From: Bugula neritina
Taxonomy: Eukaryota; Animalia; Bryozoa
Assembly (NCBI GenBank): GCA_964035545.1
Contig: OZ037768.1
Location: forward strand, 4,372,741 to 4,436,740
Direction: 5' to 3'
DNA: 64,000 nt
Under the pieces are notes generated by a model. The model made no database searches. It was not told the origin of the DNA and saw only the letters and a program-made list of their open reading frames with translations. Shown here in pieces: positions 55,306-64,000 of this stretch; the stretch's first letter is position 1, and every line of letters starts with the position of its first letter. Position numbers and translations under genes: made by a program.

Positions 55306-55888
55306 CATGAAATGTTTTTGCCTGCGTGTGAATGATGATTTCAGCATTATTTAAATTTATATAATATTCTTGTAGAATATTATTATTTTCTACAGTAAAA
55401 TATTTGACTACTTCTAAATTATTGCATGAATAATTTAATTTAACCATATAATGTATAACTTGATAATAAAATCATATTTTAGTGACTCTAGCTAAAAATT
55501 TTATAAGCTTGTTTCCAGTAACAACCTAAAAGATGTTAATTGCTTACTACACTAATGAGTGAGTGATAACAAGAATTAATAGAAATAATCTAACGTGTAT
55601 TTTTGTTTTCAGTTGCTGTTAATAAATGTTATACTCTAGCTTACAAATTTGTGTAGTTTTTAGTACAAAAAGAGCTCTAAGGAGTTCCTTATTTTACATT
55701 TATTGAACAGAATAATACTGATCTTTTGAGTTGCATAATATAAATCATTCAAATCATTCTACATGCAGCTGCTACTATGATATATATACCAATAGGTATC
55801 TCTACATTCTCTTGATGAGACAACTCCTTATACAACAAAGTAGTTGGAAATTACAGCTCTCTGAAATAATATTTGCAAACATTAGCTC

Positions 55889-58059
55889 TCAGCTGTATAT
55901 TATAGTTGCTAGATTTATTGCGCAACTATAATCTATAAGCGTAACAAATATTACTCTAATCCAGATAAAAGCAGTTAGACTCCATTTTGTCTGAGTGGCA
56001 GCATCTAAAATAATAATTTAATAATGTAATGTATTTTTTAATGTTTTATAGGTTCAGGTCTAAAAAAAAATCAGGCTATATAGTCAACATATAATTTTAA
56101 AAAATATAACGAGAAAAAACGTTTGTTCCGTTATTATGGTAGTCTTCCAAAAACTTTTCCTGCATGCATTTGCACTATTTATGTAAGTCTTTACCCAAGT
56201 AGTTCATTACAATGAAATTTGTAAAAATTATTTTCAAAGCAATCTATAATGATTTTAAACACATCCTCCTTATACCCACATCCTCATTATATGTGGAGAA
56301 AGTTAATTTGTTTACTAAGTAACTATAATATATTAAAAGGTTTTTTACCAGACTTAAAATTACCAACATTAATGAGTGCATATTTTCAATACAAAAAACT
56401 TTCTTTTTCATTATCACACACCAAAAGCAAATTGAAATTGGTATTTACTTAAATGGTTTTATCATATGAAAAACCTTTAAAACCGTGTATTATGGTATAA
56501 TTGCATTGCCTTATAACATGTACTATACTGCACATCATAGGTTACAGGTATTATATATGCTATAGAATTGCTACTTACTAGTTGAACTAATGTACATTAG
56601 GACATCATAGTAGCTGCTATAATTACTTTTTGCCATATCTCTTTCTACTTCCATTGTTAGATGACGACTAGTTGTTGTAAAGGTGCTGCCATTTTTAGCA
56701 GGGTATTCCAGGCTAACTTTTCTCTAACAATAAGCAAAATTATAACTTGTGAATATATTTAGCTACTTGGCATTTTAAATATATGATTTTATGAACAAAC
56801 CAAATCAATTTTAAAATGTAAGTTTAAATGACAATTTTGGTCAATTTAACTACCAAACCCTTTTTTCCGCTATCATAAGATTTTGGGTATAATTATTAGT
56901 AGATCACAGAAACTACTAATAAAAATATTACATAGGTAAGTCATTACCATTATGTATATTCATAAATCCTTATGGGAAGGTATTGTTGCCATCTGAAATA
57001 GCTTATCAGGTTTATCCAATAACCTTATACTTATAACACTGTTTGATTTGGTTGTTTGTTTGCTAACAATGTCAAATAATCAACCTATGCTCAGGTAAAT
57101 AAATTTTAACTTAGTTGTTGGCTTATAAATTACATCAGAAAAAAGCATATTGCAAATAAGTCCAGTATTTTGTGCTTTTCTGAAACTCACAATTAGGTTT
57201 GAAGATTCTGTATTCAGTCCTTCATAAAAGAGAATCTGTGCAAAACTGCTGTTAATATAATTTCTCTGAGGGTCAAACCTGCAAAATACAATGACTATGG
57301 AGTGTAAAGTTGTCAAAAATTCATTCATCACTGTATTTCATATGCTCACAACACAGTAGCTAGCCATTATTCTTCTATGTAGGTGTATAACAGCTTTTTA
57401 TAAACACATATGATGAAACTTGAGATAAACTAATAAAGTAACAAGGAAGACCCTAAACTCTTAAATTTTTGACTAACAGAAGACAAGATAGCATACCTTA
57501 CGTTAATCTTGTTAGGAAAAGGTGTACTAAACTGGATAGTGCATGTCTCTGCTGACTTGTTTACTCTGTATGTCAGCGAAGTAAAGAGAACATCAGCTTG
57601 TTCACCTTCTGCTAGTAGATTTGGAAAGGCTAAGTAGGAGACAGGGGAGCAATGTGAATGGCCTTTGTTAAAATCATATACAACTGAAAGTATACAAGTA
57701 TAGTTGTTTATAGGCTTGAGATAATTGAAAAATCAAATTTAGACATTTTGCAATGCATATTGCCAAACTGGAAAATTTTGAAATGTTCTGTAAGCATAAT
57801 AAAAGCATCCTGTACCATATCACTGGCAAGGTAGAGGCTCTGAGCTACTTCAATATAATCAACATATATATGATTCATAGCATACTCATATACAAGTGTG
57901 ATGTATCAGGTCCCATATAGTAATAAATATATTATAAATGTATATTAATTATGATGTAATCACAATTTAAGATAGCAATGACAAGTAATACCCGGTACCT
58001 GCTTCAGTGAAAAGGAAGTTCAGCAGAGTCAGCAGTCTAAGCTGTATGCTCGTCATCAT
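55889..58059 (-). CDS. Small signal-peptide protein with a CUB-like beta domain and hydrophobic C-tail, ~198 aa (paralog B)
   Basis: Exons 58059-57999, 57683-57497, 57278-57191, 56723-56579 and 56004-55889 join in frame (597 nt) with intron phases 1,2,0,1. Homologous to paralog A. Confidence 0.75.
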
Positions 58060-59365
58060 AGGCTATACCACTCGATATGTTAAGCAAAAGTCTGATAATG
58101 TAGTTGTAAAAACCCCAAGTTAATTAACTCAAAGTTACCAAGTGAATATGCCATCTAGATTACGTGAATATCGTGTAAATAATATACTGATACCCTGCTT
58201 ATAGTAACTATACGGAGCAATTTGTTAATAACATTTATTAATAGGTTGATTTGAAGCAGTTATCGGCATAAAACTAGACCAAAGTGTGCTGCAAGATCGC
58301 TACAACTAAGTGGATACATTAAGTTGTTTGACTTCAAAGCCCTTACTCAAAGTCATTGAGTAAATATGCTATCTAGATTAGGTATGTTATAGTGTATAGG
58401 TATATTTTGATGCATCGTCTTAGTAACGAAGTGCTATATGCTAGCAATCATGTTGACAGTACTTATAGGCAAAGCTAATTTACAACAATTATCAGCACAC
58501 GACCAGGTTTACTAGAGCAATAGATGTTAAAAGCACTGATCTGTTGTTAATCAACTTAATTTTATGTGTTTAGCCTGTCATGTTTCAAAAATTTGGCACT
58601 AAATAAAATAATTACTCGTGTTTGTGTAAAGCCGTAATCTCTGTAAGAATCACTAAGTGTTTCTAAGTGAACTAAGGAATGGCTATATAACTTTTAGCTA
58701 CAGCCATCAGCATTATTCTACAGTGTTGGGCAGTCAAATCTTGCCTTTTGAAGTCTATCAAAACTTTTTAATTAAATTTAACTTCTGCCTGTTGTGTGTT
58801 TCTATATTTTATACTTTCATAAAGTATAGGTAACATCAATTTGAACTTTTTTATTTTTGTCTTGATAAATGAAATAATTGATACCAATATTTACTACTTT
58901 AAAAATAAAATGTAGCTTCAGCAAGTAAAAAAAACCTTATTCCTCTGCCATCTCCAGTTTCATATAATTTTGTTGAACATGCTAAAAGCTGATCTTAAAT
59001 TCTATTTGATTGATCTGTCATTTTAAATTCAGAAGATAGTTTCTAGCTGAATATCGTTGCTATTTTACTAGAGAATTATTTCTCCAATTTCAGAGATACA
59101 ATAATCTATAAAAAAATTATTTTGTTCTTTTGAATAAAAAACAACTGACTACATATAAGCGCTTTGCATAATTTTTATTGAAATAAAGCATTGAAAAACT
59201 TTTTTGACAAATACCTAAAGTTTTAAAAGTTGCAACATTTGCTAATCTATAAGATTATTTTTAAGAAGACTTGCACACAAAATTAAAAAACATTTGACTT
59301 GAAACCACACAAGTATAAATCGGCTGAAAGCATAAATACTTTTGAAGAGAGCTCATCCTTGATGT

Positions 59366-60479
59366 TTACAGAAGTTTGGCTACCAGAGCGGTGAGGAAGG
59401 TCATTATAGCAACTTTAGCAACACATCCACCGTCTAAATAAAGATAACAATACTAAAATGATTCTTATACATCAATAAACTAAACTGCATTTTTAGGTAT
59501 AGCTAAACGTGGAACTATATAATAAATACACACTAATGTGTTTATAAGGTTAATTATATTAAAATCGCAACTATGTTAGCTCACAATACTTCTTTATAAT
59601 AATGGCAAGTAATAGTAAATGGGTGGTTTTACTTTTTTAGTACACACTAGATATTTCTAGATGTTTTTTATTTATTTTTCAAAATTTAGCTGCTATTGCA
59701 TATGGTTGTTTTTGCCCTAATTAAACTAAATATTACATCGTTATGCTGAGAAATATTTTATTCTAGTTCTAATGAGCAATATCACAAAATATCTTAGACA
59801 TGTCAGAAGCTAGCAATTTTATTTTACTTTTATTTTATAAATTAAAATTATTGCAGTGTAGAGGGTATGAAATTAAATTACACGGTATGGCTGTTTTACC
59901 ATTTTCATAATATGGTAGCTTTATCTCTTCTACTGAATACAAGCTTAAAATCAAGTTAGAGAAGTACATAGATTGTGTGCAGTTTGTATGACACACCATA
60001 AATAAATACATACTTTTCACTTCGATGGTAAACTCCACATCAAAGTCACCATATGAAGTAGCAAAGAAATGGATAGTCAGGTCATTAGAAGTGGTAGATA
60101 GAGAAGATGTAACAGGCTGTGTCCGGTTAACCACTGTCTGTGAATTATGTCAGCAGTATGTAGAAAGTATAACAAACATGCACATCCCAAGATAAAAAGC
60201 TGATTCTATATTATATAATTTACTGTGGCTCAAGGCGCAATAAAATACAATAAAAATATTATAATATGTTTTAGAATAACTTTATATGTGAATATAACTG
60301 AATAGAGTTTGCAGCTCCAACGCCTACAATAAGCAAATAATGCTTTTTAGCATCTTTTAGCTTCGAGATTAAAATGTACAAATTGTTAGACTATAATTAT
60401 TATGCGTATACACTAATGACTATAGTGGACTAATGTATACATGCTTTAGTAAAGGCCACAGAACTAAAGTTACAATACG

Positions 60480-60550
<71 letters not shown>

Positions 60551-60593
60551 AGGAAAAGAGCAATTTAATTATATATTAATCTCACGATACAAT

Positions 60594-60674
<81 letters not shown>

Positions 60675-62149
60675 GCAAAATATAAAATATTACTAATAAT
60701 ACATATGACGCTATACTATAAGATGGCATATTATAATATAATATAACATGTAATATTACAGTATATTACATTATATTGCGGTATAGCATATTATTATATT
60801 ATAGTATGAAATTAAACATATTACTCACAATCAGATTATTGACTGAATCATCATCATAGAACTCAATACGTGAAGAGCTGTCTTTTATCTGGCGTCTTGA
60901 AGGATGAAAACTACAAGCAGAAAAGAATAATCTAAGTGCAAATTTTATTCTGCCTAATGTTACTTATACAACATGCGTTTTATAAGCTCTATAGTTTACA
61001 ATGTCTGTATAAACAGTGCATTAAGGTGCAGCGTTGAACTGTAATCACTACATTACTAATGAACATTGTAGATAAAATTCTTGTAAAACATTTTGATCAG
61101 CCAGAATAATATTTCATAGTTGCAAATAAATGTTCATATTTTCATATTTTACAAGTTATATAACATAAAAATGCTGCTGCACCAAAGATAATAATGAGTA
61201 GTTAATATCTAGTATAAATAGATTACCTAATCTTGAAGGTGTCCTGACTGAAGAGAGTCGTGTAGAAGGAAATGTAGCAGTGGAAGGATGCTGAGCTTCT
61301 CCTTGAGTCAAAAGTGATAGTAGCAGAGTCATCCTCAGGTATGTAAAATGTAGGTATGACGCTATTTTTAGAAGTTGCACAGACATATCTGTCATCTGCT
61401 TTGTATTGCTCTACACGTACAATAAATTGACAGCTCTTTAGATATTAACCAATGGCGGCTGGAAGCTCATAGACTAGTACTTCAACATTATCAACCTTTT
61501 ACTATATTACATAATATAATAATATTATAATATATAATATAATATAGGCTATTACAATATATTGTATAATCATTTAATATAATACTATAATATATAATAT
61601 AATATAATATATTGCAACAAATTGTATAATTATATAATATAATATTTTAACATAATACTATAATATATAATATTATTTAATATAATACTATAATATATAA
61701 TATTATATTATATAATATAATATTATGTTATATAGAGAAAGACTTGTGAAATTGCTTCATAAATAACAAGAGTAAATTTCCTTCAAAATTTTAGATAGCC
61801 TCACACATCAGTTAAATCTACCTTTAGCCTGTTATAGAAATAAAATAATTCAGAATTAAAAAAATTTTCAATTTCAGCTCCTTATGAGGAAATATATAAT
61901 ATAGTAATTTTAATAATTTGTAGATTTTGATTGAGTCATATTGTCTGCAGCAATTTAATGTCTATTGATATATTTATTTATTCTATAGCTTCAATCTTTG
62001 CTGTGACAAAAATGCACAATATAGTAAATAATAATGAAATACATTTAAAAATGAAATTTTCTAAATAGCAGGTTTACAAAGCACTTACTTGTCTTTGCTG
62101 AACAAAGAGCCAGCAAAACTGCACCAATAAGAATAGTAAGATACTTCAT
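59366..62149 (-). CDS. Small secreted, probably GPI-anchored CUB-like protein, ~172 aa (paralog A)
   Basis: Exons 62149-62089, 61410-61227, 60910-60829, 60137-60014 and 59433-59366 join in frame (519 nt) with phases 1,2,0,1. Signal MKYLTILIGAVLLALCSA; two Cys; STTSNDLTIHFFAT...FTIEV; tail NGGCVAKVAIMTFLTALVAKLL*. Confidence 0.8.
60482..60672. repeat. Two (TA)n microsatellites
   Basis: Perfect TA runs at ~60482-60544 and ~60598-60672. Confidence 0.97.
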
Positions 62150-62217
62150 ATTGCCTCCAATTTCTCTCTACTTTGCTCACAGCTGTTGTGTAAAGTTTAG
62201 TGTATGCATGAGAGAGA

Positions 62218-62225
62218 CTTATATA
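62218..62225 (-). promoter_or_regulatory. Putative TATA box of paralog A
   Basis: TATATAAG on the minus strand ~70 bp upstream of the ATG at 62149. The AT-rich background weakens this call. Confidence 0.4.
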
Positions 62226-63820
62226 ATTTAATATTCTTCAATTATCTGCATTGTTAGGAAACCGTGGCATGTGTTTGGTTGTTTAGCTAATATTGGTTCC
62301 AAAAATAACTTGGCAACAAGATGGAGGTAAAGTTTTTATACTAATCAGTCATGGTTCAATTAGAGTGCTAAACTGTTTTAAAACAATTGTATTTATCTTT
62401 TAGCACTCTCATTTTAAGCAAAAATACTATAGCGCCTGATTTTATTGCTAAGCAAGTATAGATTACTTGATGTTTTATGATAGGACTCTCACTGTACCTA
62501 GATGCAGTCAATTGAGTTCTCTGCGTCTCTCAACTTTCAGAAGGTAATCTTTGTCCGCATTTCATAACACCATTTTCCTGCATCTAGACATAAACTTATA
62601 CCTGTTGCTTAGTGAAGAATATAAGCATTAAATATATCAATTAATTATGTAGTATTTCTCCAATAAACATCAGCAGCGGGATGATGACATTATGGTGCAT
62701 GAATGAGCAAGTTTTAGAATTTGCTATTTAATGTTGTATATAGTCAATTTCTTCTTTCTTTTAGACTCTAAATATGTTTATTAAACTAGTAGAGTTTTGC
62801 TTGCTGCTAAGAGTAAAGCTGGCTTTATGCAAGTTGTTACATCTAGTTCATTAAACTCACTTTCTGTCAATCCTTCATTATTATTGCTAGATTGTAAAGT
62901 AGCCTTATGGATAATTGGTCTGAATTTCTACTCTCCATTTAATGAACAAAGTTGCTGATTTTTGCATCTACATAGATTGAATGTATTCTCTTGGTAATGT
63001 TGTAACTTATTGTTGTGAGATTTAATAACAGAGCACATAATGTTTCTCTAACAACTACAACTTCAAGCTCATATCATTAAGTAATTTATTAAAATTATCT
63101 ATATGGTGACCATATATATAGAGTTGAGCCACGTAGTGAGTTTTCTGCCATTTATTAGTTTGTTGACAAATTCACAGTTTATATTTAAATCCAAGTTTCT
63201 CCATGAACCTTGCTATAATGGAGTGTATGCATTAAAGCTAGTGATGTCGGTGTGAGAAGAAATCTCTGTTGCCAAAGTCAGGTAATGGAAATACTGAAGA
63301 TACTGACGTTATAAATTGCTGCATGCTAAGTGCTAAACTGTCGATATTGTAGCATTTTATAATTTTGGTATACCTTATGTGACCCATTAAATATATTCAC
63401 TCAACAGCAGAAAGAGTTTGTGTACTTTGAGGCTATGTAGCACAACACTAGAAAAGTGAGTGTCCTTGATACCTATAGTCTGAAAGACAGGACCATAGAA
63501 ACGTGTGTGCTGCTACTGAAACAACTACAAAAGTCTTAATACCAAGGATATGGGAAATACCAGCCTAGAACTAATATAAATGCCACAAAGTACATCAGCA
63601 TAATTGAATATATAATTATATTTGTATACAAAATGTCAAATGTAAAAATACCATTTTAATAGCGGCTTTCTATAAAAGTTTTGTTGTCAAAGAATATGTT
63701 TACATTAAATTATTTTACTTAAATAGGCAATTAATAGAATAAAATATTACTTTGAATAAAATCTACAACAACCATAACTTGACAGCGTAAAGCTGTATAC
63801 AGCATTTAGAAGTTGTTTCG

Positions 63821-63884
63821 TTACAGAAGTTTGGCTGCCAGAAAAGTCCAAAGTGTTAGCAAATTCTAGAGACACGCCCACTGC
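63821..63884 (-). pseudogene. Last exon of a third paralog (C), apparently frameshifted; the rest lies beyond the window
   Basis: After a TTGTAG acceptor the exon ends CTGGCAGCCAAACTTCTGTAA, like paralog A (CTGGTAGCCAAACTTCTGTAA), but it is 64 nt rather than 68 nt. Confidence 0.6.
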
Positions 63885-64000
63885 CTACAACAGTTATATA
63901 ACATACATAATTTCAGTTGTAACTGATAACTTTTATGTATATCATAATAATCCAAGTACAATTCAGTTGACAAACTAAATGTAGTCAATTAACTTTTCTA

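Overview
AT-rich genomic DNA from an invertebrate animal (species not determinable from the sequence), with compact multi-exon genes and short GT-AG introns. Most six-frame ORFs are exon fragments or noise, so I assembled the genes by hand from splice sites. In order: Greatwall/MASTL kinase (-) head-to-head with a PTP1B/TC-PTP-type phosphatase (+, with a decayed Tc1 element in intron 4); a transmembrane adenylyl cyclase (-); a 400-bp (GT)n tract; an unrecognised ~625-aa gene (-) built by tandem duplication of exon+intron units, with an N-terminal TM helix and a C-terminal basic/CCC motif; CHFR (+); V-ATPase subunit d (-) head-to-head with LRRC46 (+); and a tandem family of at least three small signal-peptide/CUB-like/hydrophobic-tail genes (-) that the ORF track largely misses. 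tRNA-derived SINEs, a MITE-like inverted repeat and several mini/microsatellites are also present. The most notable items are the orphan double-anchored protein, the CUB-like surface-protein array, and a degenerate 6-bp-periodic sequence seen beside the 5' ends of the five conserved genes that have upstream promoter regions here.
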